DNA from: a virus
Taxonomy: Duplodnaviria > Caudoviricetes
Virus record (IMG/VR): IMGVR_UViG_3300046049_000003
Span: 1-32,710 of that record
DNA: 32,710 bases
Direction: 5' to 3' (one strand)
Shown: piece after piece, positions 1 through 8,561 of the stretch
Position numbering within the stretch: position 1 is the stretch's first letter
Layout of the letters: every line of letters begins with the position of its first letter
Translations under genes and position numbers: made by a program
The notes under the pieces: generated by a model
What the model was told of the DNA's origin: nothing
Seen by the model: only the letters and a program-made list of their open reading frames with translations
Databases searched by the model: none

Positions 1-94
1 ATCCTCGTAGTGGTAGAGCCTCCAGTAGCGGTCTGGACCTACCTCTATGGAGGGACGGAGAGTCTGGGTTTTACCACTCTCCCAGGATGTCATG
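1..94. repeat. Terminal redundancy: 1-94 repeats at 32558-32651 (3 mismatches); circular/permuted genome
   Basis: Direct comparison shows mismatches only at positions 55, 56 and 61. Confidence 0.95.
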
Positions 95-515
95 CCTCCA
101 CTAGCTCCTTTATCCGTAGCTCCAGATAGTCAGAGACTGACTCTGGGTCTGGGACTCCGGGAGACTCCCTCATCACTATCCCCAGGAGACGGTCCCTGAC
201 CTGCTCCTCCTCTCCGTTCTCCCAGGCCCTCTGGAGAGCGGCCTGATCTGCTACGACATGCTCCTCTGCCACTGCCTGCCACTCTGTGAGGTCCTCCTCA
301 TGGACCTCTCCCTGGACTATCCTGTGGAGGTGGGCCTGGGGGACCTGGAGTTTAGCAGAGAGGGTCTGGACATCCACGTCTGGGACCTCTATCTCCAGGT
401 CCAGAGGGACTGCTATCTCGTAGGGACTGGTTTGTGACGGTTTGGTCTTACGGACTTTAATGCCCTCATCCCGCCAGTCCACCACCAGATAGCAGGACAT
501 GTCTTTTGTAGTCAT
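90..515 (-). CDS. Hypothetical acidic protein; optional gene absent from the allele at the other window end
   Basis: 141-aa acidic ORF with ATGA overlaps at both ends, flanked by GTCATG at 89-94 and 511-516. Confidence 0.8.
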   Translation of the reverse strand: MTTKDMSCYLVVDWRDEGIKVRKTKPSQTSPYEIAVPLDLEIEVPDVDVQTLSAKLQVPQAHLHRIVQGEVHEEDLTEWQAVAEEHVVADQAALQRAWENGEEEQVRDRLLGIVMRESPGVPDPESVSDYLELRIKELVEA

Positions 516-853
516 GCTCTCTCTGCGTCCTCCAGGAGGTCCTCTAACTTCCAGTCCTCATCCTCTGGGAGAGCTATCCGGTTTTCTACGGCCTGTGCCA
601 GGAGCCTCTGGTTAGTCCTGTGCATGTCCAGAAGCGTCTCCAGGAGGTCCTCCCTCTGCTCCTCCCAGGACTCTGCCAGGTGGACATCTGCCTCCATAGT
701 GGAGTGAGGACTGTAATTTTCATAGTCCCCCGTGGAGACCTTTTCACTGGCAGAGACCTTAACGGAGGTCACTTTCACTCCACGGTTATGCTCCTCCTGA
801 AAACGGTTTAGCTGCTCCACTGCCTCCTGCAGAAAAGGCTGCTCTCCACTCAT
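512..853 (-). CDS. Hypothetical viral protein
   Basis: 113-aa acidic ORF, GGAGG upstream, ATGA overlap with the next gene. Confidence 0.8.
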   Translation of the reverse strand: MSGEQPFLQEAVEQLNRFQEEHNRGVKVTSVKVSASEKVSTGDYENYSPHSTMEADVHLAESWEEQREDLLETLLDMHRTNQRLLAQAVENRIALPEDEDWKLEDLLEDAERA

Positions 854-868
854 GCCAGGGACCCTCCG

Positions 869-1030
869 TTACCCTCCCCAGAGCCTAATCTCGTGCAGGG
901 AGACGCTCTGATGAAAGACCTGGGGACTGTTGACTAGCTTACTCTGCTTTAGGAGGACTAAATCCTCATTACGTCCCGTTATGGGACAGACCAGTCCGGG
1001 GGTTTTCCCGGTATGCTGACGTTTACTCAT
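869..1030 (-). CDS. Small basic protein (53 aa, MSKRQHTGK...), first gene of the leftward early operon
   Basis: ATG at 1030 lies in the conserved GACCACAG-ATG motif, downstream of TTATAA at 1094-1099. Confidence 0.55.
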   Translation of the reverse strand: MSKRQHTGKTPGLVCPITGRNEDLVLLKQSKLVNSPQVFHQSVSLHEIRLWGG

Positions 1031-1211
1031 CTGTGGTCCAGGGTCCATTATACACTGCCTACGGACCCTACCTGTCAATCACCCACTCCCCACTTATAAC
1101 TTATGCAGTGACTAATTTGCTACAATAGGTTTATGTACGGGGGCTACACACTGGGTTAACAGAGACTAAACGTCCTCTGTAAAGGACAGTCTCTGGAGGC
1201 AGTGTCATGGA
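1028..1211. promoter_or_regulatory. Divergent promoter region; both leaders carry the conserved motif
   Basis: Minus: TATA 1094-1099, AGGCAGTGTAT 1050-1060, GACCACAGATG 1028-1038. Plus: TTTATG 1130-1135, hairpin 1160-1195, AGGCAGTGTCATG 1197-1209. Confidence 0.7.
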
Positions 1212-1683
1212 GGACAGTGAAAAACCGCTCTCCCGTGAGGAACTTACAGCAGTTATAGAGGTACAGAGAGACCGGATAGAGGAGCTAGAGGGGAGGATAG
1301 AGCGTCTGGAGCAGACCCTCTCTGACGTAGAGGGACAGGTAGACCGGACTGATGAGATAGTCAAACAGCTAAATGAGGGGTCAATAGGGGGTAAGGCAGG
1401 AGTGGACCTGCTTACGGAGCTAGCTCCTGCTCCCACTGGGGGTCTGACGGAGGCTAGAGCCAGAAACATATACAAGAATATAGTGGAGGACTACAGAGTG
1501 GAGGGGTGGATAAAGACCTCCACGGTCAAAAAGTGGTTAGACCTGGAGCATAGTACACAGGCTCACAGAGCTATGGAGACACTCCAGCAGATGTGTGAGG
1601 ATGGTATTCTCCTGGGTCACATAGACATTAAAAAGAGACGACAGCAGAGATGTATCAGGATGACGGGGACAAAAGACGACTGA
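1207..1683 (+). CDS. Coiled-coil plus probable winged-helix DNA-binding protein
   Basis: N-terminal heptad repeats (IEELEGRIERLEQTL); C-terminal helix-helix-wing pattern (TSTVKKWLDL..QAHRAMETL..IDIKKRRQQRCIRM). Confidence 0.65.
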   Translation: MEDSEKPLSREELTAVIEVQRDRIEELEGRIERLEQTLSDVEGQVDRTDEIVKQLNEGSIGGKAGVDLLTELAPAPTGGLTEARARNIYKNIVEDYRVEGWIKTSTVKKWLDLEHSTQAHRAMETLQQMCEDGILLGHIDIKKRRQQRCIRMTGTKDD

Positions 1684-1684
1684 C

Positions 1685-1987
1685 ATGGTAGGAGGGGACC
1701 TCACCCACACAAAGGGGGACACTGGACCCAGGGAGGAGCCTGCTAAGTGGCTCATCAAAGATGACCCTTCTATAGCTATATCCCGGATAAGAGGACTCCA
1801 TACCGTGGAGGAGACCAGGGAGTGGATTGATTTTGAGGTCCGTCACAGGACCAGGCAGGACATCATAGGTCTGCTCAATCAGAGGCAGGCAGAGCTACAG
1901 GAGATGGGCTATTATGACCGGACTGACCTCCCGTGGACAGAGGAGGGAAAGGTAAAAGCAGGCTTTGGTCTACTTTTTGACGGATAG
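1685..1987 (+). CDS. Hypothetical protein
   Basis: 100-aa ORF starting 1 nt after the previous stop; composition matches the other genes. Confidence 0.7.
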   Translation: MVGGDLTHTKGDTGPREEPAKWLIKDDPSIAISRIRGLHTVEETREWIDFEVRHRTRQDIIGLLNQRQAELQEMGYYDRTDLPWTEEGKVKAGFGLLFDG

Positions 1988-1999
1988 CCTCTCCTCTAG

Positions 2000-2060
2000 G
2001 TCACTGTAGTCCTCCAGGACATCTCTCTGTCCTGGATTGAAGTGGTGTTTTGCCAGTGAC
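2000..2060. terminator. Stem-loop between convergent genes
   Basis: CCAGGACA/TGTCCTGG hairpin nested inside GTCACTG...CAGTGAC. Confidence 0.4.
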
Positions 2061-2091
2061 AGGCCCTCCAGACTCTCTACGTGTTGGGGTT

Positions 2092-2427
2092 TCATGAGTG
2101 GTTTTCCCGGATAGACCGTAGCTCCTCTATCAGAGCGTCTTTGGACCGTCCTCCAGTCCTCTCTATGACATCATACTCACCCGCCAGGGGGAGTAGCTCC
2201 TGCTGATACTGCAGGCTCTCCAGGTCCTCTGGGATGGGAGGGTTATCTCCCGTGAGGTCCAGGCTCTGCTGCTGGACCGCTCCAGAGAGTAGGTCCAGAC
2301 CGCTCTGGTCCAGGTCTATTTCCAGGTCCACTCCGTCCTCAAGAGTGACCTCCAGGACATCTCCACTAGCTAGCTGCTCCAAATCATCTCCGGTCAGACG
2401 GAGACTGACTGTTTTGTGTCGTAACAT
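2092..2427 (-). CDS. Hypothetical protein with C-terminal helix-extended-helix (Rho-N/LEM-like) domain
   Basis: C-terminus IPEDLESLQYQQELLPLA...RSKDALIEEL; own TATA at 2483-2488; GACCACAG-ATG start. Confidence 0.75.
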   Translation of the reverse strand: MLRHKTVSLRLTGDDLEQLASGDVLEVTLEDGVDLEIDLDQSGLDLLSGAVQQQSLDLTGDNPPIPEDLESLQYQQELLPLAGEYDVIERTGGRSKDALIEELRSIRENHS

Positions 2428-2521
2428 CTGTGGTCCAGGACCGTGAGGTCCTACCTGGGTATAGAGGGGTCTGCCCCCTTTGTTATAACCTCTCTAAAAA
2501 ACGGGACGGACTGGTTACTGC

Positions 2522-3097
2522 CTATGCCTCTGCCTGGTCTCCGTCCTCTACCAGACGCTCCGGGAGGATACGGTCCTCCTCCGTGAGACGCTCTTTGACT
2601 ACCCTGTAGAGGGTCCTGACATGGACATTGTGAATGTCTGCTACCTCCGGGACAGTCTCAATGTCCTCTAATCTGCCTGCCTTGAGAGCTTTGTAGTCCC
2701 GGATAATCGCTCTGGCAGTCCGCTCCCGCTCTACAGGTTTCTCCAGGAGGTCCAGTGCCTCCTCTGCAGGGTTACGCTCCTGGTCTACCTCTCCCTCCAC
2801 GGGAGGATGACTCCACTCATCAGCGTCTGTCTGACCCAGGATGTCCTGGTAGAGGTCCAGGAGGTCATGCTGGATGGGGACCTGCCTGCCTCCCCCGCCA
2901 GGACCTCCGGGAGCATACTCCGTAGCCAGGTCTGACCCTGGGAGGTCCAGGACCAGTCCAGGCTCCCGGACCTCCTCATTCATCCAGTCCTTTGGGACGG
3001 ACTCCACTCCCATTAGCTCCGTAGACTGTGCCTCTCTGGTCATCCCCATGTAGAGGTATTTCTTCCCCACTTTGAGGATGATTCCGTATTTACTCAT
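2522..3097 (-). CDS. HTH-domain protein (putative regulator)
   Basis: C-terminal TVPEVADIHNVHVRTLYRVVKE fits a helix-turn-helix. Confidence 0.7.
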   Translation of the reverse strand: MSKYGIILKVGKKYLYMGMTREAQSTELMGVESVPKDWMNEEVREPGLVLDLPGSDLATEYAPGGPGGGGRQVPIQHDLLDLYQDILGQTDADEWSHPPVEGEVDQERNPAEEALDLLEKPVERERTARAIIRDYKALKAGRLEDIETVPEVADIHNVHVRTLYRVVKERLTEEDRILPERLVEDGDQAEA

Positions 3098-3575
3098 GTT
3101 TTAGTTTCTCCTGCTGCTCTTTGTGTTCTCCCAGGAGCCAGAGGATAGCCCCCTTGAGTGACCTATTCCAGGCTCTCCACTGACCACTGCTCCCGTCAGA
3201 GTATCTGGAGTCTGCATGGGGGTTTGACATCTCCTCTATCTCCTGGAGACGCTCCTCTAGACCCTCACGGTCCAGGTCCAGCGTCCTGTGCCACTCCTCT
3301 ATGTGACACTTTATCCCGTAAAAGGATAGGTCCTTTGGACCCCTGGAGTCTCTCCGGTCTAGCGTCTCCGGGATGACTCCAGCGTCTATGTACCTGGCGG
3401 TCAGGTCCACCTCTGCCTGGGTCCTGTGGTCATCATACATCTCCGGCAGGTCCTCCTCATCCACGTCCCAGGGACGGTCCACAGCTAGCTGTTCATGCTC
3501 CCTGACAAAGTGACGGACTGCTGCTCTCCGTCCCTCCAGAGAGTCCATGTCCCACTCTAGCTCTGCTGCCGTCAT
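3090..3575 (-). CDS. Hypothetical protein
   Basis: 161-aa acidic ORF overlapping its neighbours. Confidence 0.8.
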   Translation of the reverse strand: MTAAELEWDMDSLEGRRAAVRHFVREHEQLAVDRPWDVDEEDLPEMYDDHRTQAEVDLTARYIDAGVIPETLDRRDSRGPKDLSFYGIKCHIEEWHRTLDLDREGLEERLQEIEEMSNPHADSRYSDGSSGQWRAWNRSLKGAILWLLGEHKEQQEKLKHE

Positions 3576-3739
3576 GATGGGGTGCCTCCCTGGGTCCGCT
3601 CCTGTCCCGTGATGACTGACGGACTGACCACTTTTCCACAGTCCTGGCAGACATACATGGACATCTCAGCCTCCTGGACTAGCTCACCGCCACAGTCCTC
3701 ACAGGAGACGGAGGAGGTCCGGGGGTAGCTGCTACTCAT
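3572..3739 (-). CDS. Zn-ribbon microprotein (CxxC...CxxC)
   Basis: MSSSYPRTSSVSCEDCGGELV...YVCQDCGK; start reassigned to ATG 3739, which overlaps the upstream stop. Confidence 0.75.
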   Translation of the reverse strand: MSSSYPRTSSVSCEDCGGELVQEAEMSMYVCQDCGKVVSPSVITGQERTQGGTPS

Positions 3740-4004
3740 CCTCATCCTCCTGGTCCTGCCTCTGGGGGTCAATCTGCCGGGAGCGGTCCAGGACCTCCCG
3801 CTCCAGGTAGTCCAGAGCCTGGGTGTGTTTCTCTATGGCTCCGTGGAGGGAGTAGTCCTTAGCTTTGACCGTATGCTTGTCCTGGTCCCTGGTCCCAGTC
3901 CCCCGCTTTAGCTCCGTAGTGATGGAGACTCCCACGTCAGTCCGCTCCACATACGTCTCCTCATCATACTCCCGCTCCGGGGAGTCCTGCTCTCCATCAG
4001 TCAT
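3732..4004 (-). CDS. Haloarchaeal-type hypothetical protein (KRGTGTRDQD motif)
   Basis: Acidic ORF; motif recalled from haloarchaeal hypothetical proteins; start taken at MTDGEQ. Confidence 0.75.
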   Translation of the reverse strand: MTDGEQDSPEREYDEETYVERTDVGVSITTELKRGTGTRDQDKHTVKAKDYSLHGAIEKHTQALDYLEREVLDRSRQIDPQRQDQEDEDE

Positions 4005-4641
4005 CCTGCTCACTCTCCTGGAGACGGGAGACTACATCCTGGTAGTCCTCTCCGTTGTGCTTACGGACCTCTGCCAGAGCTAGGAGCAGGGAGTCACAGA
4101 AAACTCCCTTTTTCTCCAGAGCCTCCAGGACATCTGCAGGGTCAGGAGTCAGTCCAGGACCCCCACGTTTTACTTTGAGGTCCAGGTCTCCTCTCTGGTT
4201 TGCCACCTTGATGTAGGTGGTAGGTTTGGCAGTGACCTCTACCACCCAGTCCTGGATGTCAGTGATGGACAGGTCCTCCCGTCCTATCTGCTCCAGACCC
4301 CACCTGACTGCCTCCTCTGCATTGAAAGACGCTTTACGGGAATGGTTACTCCCCAGGAGAGCGTCCTCCAGGTCTCCCGTGGACATGATGGGGACAGAGA
4401 GGTCCACCTGGACCTCCTGCTCCACGGTCAGGTCATAGTTCCTGATGGTACCTCCCCGCTCCCGGACCTCCGTGGTCTGGAGAGCAGGTCCCTCTGCTCT
4501 GATGACCAGAGGAGAGTCAAAAACGACTCCCTCCAGCGTCTCCTCAAAGCCAGGCTCCTCCTGGCTCTCTTTCTCTTTCTCTGCCTCTGCCTCTGCCTCA
4601 CTGCCATGCTCCCCGTCAGGGGAGTCCGTCTCTGCAGACAT
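3997..4641 (-). CDS. Hypothetical protein
   Basis: 214-aa acidic ORF; GACCACAG-ATG start; long structured leader. Confidence 0.8.
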   Translation of the reverse strand: MSAETDSPDGEHGSEAEAEAEKEKESQEEPGFEETLEGVVFDSPLVIRAEGPALQTTEVRERGGTIRNYDLTVEQEVQVDLSVPIMSTGDLEDALLGSNHSRKASFNAEEAVRWGLEQIGREDLSITDIQDWVVEVTAKPTTYIKVANQRGDLDLKVKRGGPGLTPDPADVLEALEKKGVFCDSLLLALAEVRKHNGEDYQDVVSRLQESEQDD

Positions 4642-4790
4642 CTGTGGTCTGTCCTCCAGTGGTAGTCCACTAGCCAGGAGACCGCTCTGACACTGCCTGG
4701 GTCCCCACAGGCCCTCTCCTGGGTATGCTCCAGGACTCCCGTGAGACGGGAGCGGTCTAGCTCCAGAGGGTAAACCGCATACTGCTATAT

Positions 4791-4985
4791 CTAAGCTGTT
4801 CTCACGTTGCTAAGACAGCCTGGACAGAGCAGGACATACCCGTCATGATCCTCACGGAGGTCCTCTGACAGGACCAGGTGAGTGTTAAAGTCACAGTCAT
4901 GACGCTCCTGGACCTCCACGTCTTGAAGGTCATCCTCCTGCTCCAGACGCTCCTTAGCCTCCTCTATTGAGTGGTAGTCCGTCAT
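4791..4985 (-). CDS. Small putative Zn-binding protein
   Basis: HDC...CPGC; ATGA overlap with the upstream gene. Confidence 0.7.
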   Translation of the reverse strand: MTDYHSIEEAKERLEQEDDLQDVEVQERHDCDFNTHLVLSEDLREDHDGYVLLCPGCLSNVRTA

Positions 4986-5254
4986 GCTCTCCGCTCCTGG
5001 ATGAGTTTCTCCGTCATCTCATCCAGCATGGAGTAGTCATCAGGATCAAACTGGGGATACTGGTCCGTTTTGACCACCCAGGAAAGTGTGTCAACCATAG
5101 CGGACCGCCTAACCCCGTGATGAGTGGAGTCAGAGAGGCAGGCTTTGTAATAGGCTCTCTCCACTGCTCTCTCTACTGCCTCCATGACGGAGAGGTCTGC
5201 AGGCTCATCCTCTGGGTCCAGACCCCGCCGCTCCAGGTAGCTCTCCAGCGTCAT
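4982..5254 (-). CDS. Hypothetical protein (start MTLESY)
   Basis: ATG 5254 lies 1 nt after the upstream stop; acidic. Confidence 0.7.
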   Translation of the reverse strand: MTLESYLERRGLDPEDEPADLSVMEAVERAVERAYYKACLSDSTHHGVRRSAMVDTLSWVVKTDQYPQFDPDDYSMLDEMTEKLIQERRA

Positions 5255-5255
5255 A

Positions 5256-5648
5256 TTACCGCTCCTCACTCCATCCACAGTGGGGACAGGACCCCCATGC
5301 CTGACCTGCCATAGTCTGGACTGACGTATGGACTCCAGGCAGTCCACAGGCGGGACACTCCATCTCTGGGTCTGCCACAGTGTAGCTCCCCTGGACGCCC
5401 TCTGTGGGGACTCCTCTCATGTCTGACTCCAGCAGGACTCCCCCGTCATCCAGGAGCCTGGGGAGCCTGTGCGCCGGGATGTTAGCCCAGTGACCTGGCT
5501 CACTGTAATACTGTCCCTCTACAGGATCATGCACACAGGTCTCGCTGGAGTCCCTCTGGAGTGGTTCCTGATCTGGGACCGGAGTGTGATCCATCTGCTC
5601 TCTGTAAAACTGGTCTACCTCGCCGTTTTGCGTTTTGTCTGGCGTCAT
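5256..5648 (-). CDS. CPxCG Zn-ribbon protein, first gene of an operon
   Basis: CPACG...CPHCG at the C-terminus; TATA at 5715-5720; both leader boxes present. Confidence 0.8.
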   Translation of the reverse strand: MTPDKTQNGEVDQFYREQMDHTPVPDQEPLQRDSSETCVHDPVEGQYYSEPGHWANIPAHRLPRLLDDGGVLLESDMRGVPTEGVQGSYTVADPEMECPACGLPGVHTSVQTMAGQAWGSCPHCGWSEER

Positions 5649-5739
5649 CTGTGGTCTCCGGGAGTGTATGACACTGCCATTTGACTCCCTATGTCCTATG
5701 ACACAGGCATGGCTAATAAATCCTCTGCCATTTGTCCAG

Positions 5740-6152
5740 AGGGTTAGGTAACACCTGATGTTAGGATAGTGTTGACCTACAGCCTTACAGGACCTTAACG
5801 TGAGATGTTAATATGAGGGGGGTAGAAACCCGGACCGCCAGACGGCGGGATGTTAAGAAAACGTTAGGCGTTAAGGGAGAAAAACGGAGGGGGTGTGGAG
5901 GTCCTTACCTCCCTTTTGAGGGGGTAAGGTCCGGTCCCATGTCTGCTCGTAGGGGCTTAGTAGGTAGTGTAGTAGCAGGGGGTAATAACTCTTTCTCTGA
6001 CAGGTTAACATCCTGTGTTAGGATAGTGTAAAGCTCTTGTAGGTAGTCTGACTGGAACCCCGTCCAGCTTAACACCACCACCGTTTTTCCGGGTTAACGC
6101 TTAACGTTTTCTTAACATCCTGCCTTACAACTTCTTAACACAGAATGTTAAG
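5740..6152. other. Candidate replication origin (repeat-rich intergenic region)
   Basis: 27-bp inverted repeat 5848-5874/6094-6120 (1 mismatch); direct repeat TGTTAGGATAGTGT at 5759 and 6016; many GTTAA/TTAAC/GTTAG units; lower GC. Confidence 0.55.
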
Positions 6153-6620
6153 TCAGTCATCTACGTCCCCGTGAGGAGTCCCACCACCTGGCTCACGGTC
6201 ACTGCCTCCCCCGTAGTAGGGCCTATCTCTACTGTCATCATGGTAGTCCTGCTCCCGCTTATCCAGGATGTCTGATGGGAGACTGTCTACCCCCATCTTA
6301 TCCCGGAGAGCGTCTCCATCTACGTGAGGGTCCTGCTCATGGAGGGTGACTATGACTCTCTCCATACGCTCCTGGCGTTTTTCCACGTCATGAGCAGTCT
6401 GTTTGGTCTCTTTCACGTCTGACTTTATCTCCTGGATGTCCCCGCCTAGCTCCTCTACCACCATCCTGTTGGCTTTCTGTCCCTCTTTACGGTTGCTCTG
6501 GCGCTTATCCAGCCAGTCCCGGATATATCCATCCTCCCAGGACTTTAGCGTCAGGATGAGGAAAGCCAGCAGGACTAGTCCCACAAACGTAGCAGCCTGG
6601 GTCAGGAGGTCCGGGGACAT
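6153..6620 (-). CDS. Membrane-anchored coiled-coil protein (possible holin/lysis function)
   Basis: One N-terminal TM helix then a coiled coil; last gene of the late operon. Confidence 0.6.
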   Translation of the reverse strand: MSPDLLTQAATFVGLVLLAFLILTLKSWEDGYIRDWLDKRQSNRKEGQKANRMVVEELGGDIQEIKSDVKETKQTAHDVEKRQERMERVIVTLHEQDPHVDGDALRDKMGVDSLPSDILDKREQDYHDDSRDRPYYGGGSDREPGGGTPHGDVDD

Positions 6621-8557
6621 CAGATAGCGTCCCCCCGTTTTCTCCCCTCTCTACGGACTGTGCTAATTTGCCTTCCCAGTGACTCTGGAGTCCCCAGGTC
6701 AATATTAGCCTGCAATTGCCCTCCTGACTCCTGCCATGTTACTCTCTCTGCCGGTCTGTAGAGGTCCCAGTCTGCTACGTAGTAAGATTTTCCTGGCTCT
6801 ACTGGCGGTCCTGCAACTGTTATCCCACCCTCCAGACGGTCTAACGTGGACTTTTCCCTGATGAGAGCCTCTGCCACACCATCAGCGTCAGTGACGGAGG
6901 TGATCTGGGGGTCAGTTTTCACATAACTGATTACCGTATTATTGAGACGGGAGACCTCCCCGTCATTTGTCTTTATGATCACTGGTCTGCTGCCGTCATC
7001 TCTCCGTTTACCCCGGACTTTGACTCTGTTGGCATACCCCTTTACGTCTATTTTCCGCTTGTGATCTAGGACATCCCAGTCCTGGGTAGCCTGCTTACCC
7101 CTGGGGTAGGACTCTACCTCTAGTCCACCGGCAGTGTGGTCAATTGAAAACCGCATATTTGCTAACTCATGCAGCGTCTGGAGGTTTTCCAGGTGTGTAC
7201 CATTAAGCTCCCGCTCTGATATGAGACGCTTATCGTTAGCGTCTATGTAGACTTTGAATACAGACGTTTTCTGACCCTCTGTCCCCTGGGTGGGGGTAGA
7301 GTCCGTCTGACTCCCGTACCTGGAGAGGGTCAATTTAGGAGTGATGACCGCTCCATCATTAGCGAACGTCTTTGTCAGTGTCTCTGTATTAGTAGCAGAG
7401 ACGGTCTCCGTCCCCCCGGAGGTGTCCAGGTCTACACTGATAGCCTGGTTGTTGCTGGTATCATCCATGTTGGTCTGGACCTCTACGTCAGTGACATTGA
7501 GTCCGGTATCTACCCCATCAAACTCCACAGTAAACTCATGGGGGAGAGCCTCCGGTCCTGATAGTTGGTCATTAGCGTCTAAAGAGTTAGGCCAATTGTA
7601 GAGGAAACGATCATCATAGAGAGTTACCAGGTCAAAATGCTGTCCCTTTGAGCCAGTCTCCTCTACAGCTAGCTCCACAGTATGGGTCCCTGGCTCCAGG
7701 TCCCCCCCGTCATACCCCACATTATACCCGTAGTATGGCATGGGCCTACTCCAGTCCAGAAAGGCACTAATGACTTTATTAGCCTCATCTGCCACATTAC
7801 CGTCTATCTTGAATTGCAGTCTGGGTCCTCTGCCTGACTGATTATTAGGTATCCTGTCCCGGACTGTCAGAGCTACATGCTCCTCCGGGATTTTATAGTC
7901 AATATCAAACTCATATCTGGCAAAGCTCCCCTCCCGTTTGAGGCTGATACCAGTCCCGTCTGTGAATAAGTCCTCCGTCCCCTCATTTGAGTCCCATACT
8001 TTCTCTATACCGCTCTGGTCATCCCAGTATCTGGCGTCTCTGGTAAAGGCAGACTGGAGGAGGTTAATCTGGTCTCCTGTGACCTCTATGGGGTCCGTGG
8101 GGTCCACTGTGAGAGCGTTTTCAAAGGAGCTAGTCGAGGAGCAGGAGAGGACCAGCCTGTCTGTAGCGAACGGGTCAACTGTCGGCTTATCCACAGTGGC
8201 GGAGAAATTGGTGTAGTTATTCCAGTAGTCCTCAATAGCCTCTGCAGCAGAGGTATTGGTGTATGTCACTGCAGCCTCTCCATCTATCAGGACTTTTCCT
8301 CTCCCCCTGCCTGATAGAGTGGTCTTTGAGCCTGCCTCTCGGCTATTGATGACCTCCAGGTAGCCTTTGAATTTCCTGGCTCCACCCTCCTGGATGTCTA
8401 CCTCTGAAAATCTCCACTCCTCCAGGTCCAGGTTATACGGGATATTCACTTTCCAGTCAGAAAGAGCGGTATGCTCCCGTACAATCTGGAGACCTGACTG
8501 GTCATCCAGGCTGTAAGTGTTACCATCCAGGTCAGTCAGAGTGATTGTATATACCAT
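6620..8557 (-). CDS. Minor tail / baseplate-hub (Tal-like) protein with inserted beta-sandwich domains
   Basis: 645 aa; hub-like ends (LSGRG..L, YANRVKVRG, ERVTW); internal LEPGTHTVEL..FDLVTL CBM-like segment; position in the tail module. Confidence 0.7.
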   Translation of the reverse strand: MVYTITLTDLDGNTYSLDDQSGLQIVREHTALSDWKVNIPYNLDLEEWRFSEVDIQEGGARKFKGYLEVINSREAGSKTTLSGRGRGKVLIDGEAAVTYTNTSAAEAIEDYWNNYTNFSATVDKPTVDPFATDRLVLSCSSTSSFENALTVDPTDPIEVTGDQINLLQSAFTRDARYWDDQSGIEKVWDSNEGTEDLFTDGTGISLKREGSFARYEFDIDYKIPEEHVALTVRDRIPNNQSGRGPRLQFKIDGNVADEANKVISAFLDWSRPMPYYGYNVGYDGGDLEPGTHTVELAVEETGSKGQHFDLVTLYDDRFLYNWPNSLDANDQLSGPEALPHEFTVEFDGVDTGLNVTDVEVQTNMDDTSNNQAISVDLDTSGGTETVSATNTETLTKTFANDGAVITPKLTLSRYGSQTDSTPTQGTEGQKTSVFKVYIDANDKRLISERELNGTHLENLQTLHELANMRFSIDHTAGGLEVESYPRGKQATQDWDVLDHKRKIDVKGYANRVKVRGKRRDDGSRPVIIKTNDGEVSRLNNTVISYVKTDPQITSVTDADGVAEALIREKSTLDRLEGGITVAGPPVEPGKSYYVADWDLYRPAERVTWQESGGQLQANIDLGTPESLGRQISTVRREGRKRGDAI

Positions 8558-8561
8558 CTGT

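Noticed and set aside
1-94. True direct terminal repeat of a linear genome
   Set aside because: The copies differ by SNPs and continue into different genes, which fits an assembly overlap of two variants
4579-4600. (CTCTGC)n microsatellite, also near 18497
   Set aside because: Simply encodes Glu-Ala repeats in acidic linkers
5813-6031. 72-aa + strand ORF in the origin-like region
   Set aside because: Basic, atypical composition and overlaps the inverted-repeat array
5740-6152. CRISPR or mini-CRISPR array
   Set aside because: The repeats are short, partly inverted and irregularly spaced, with no repeat-spacer periodicity
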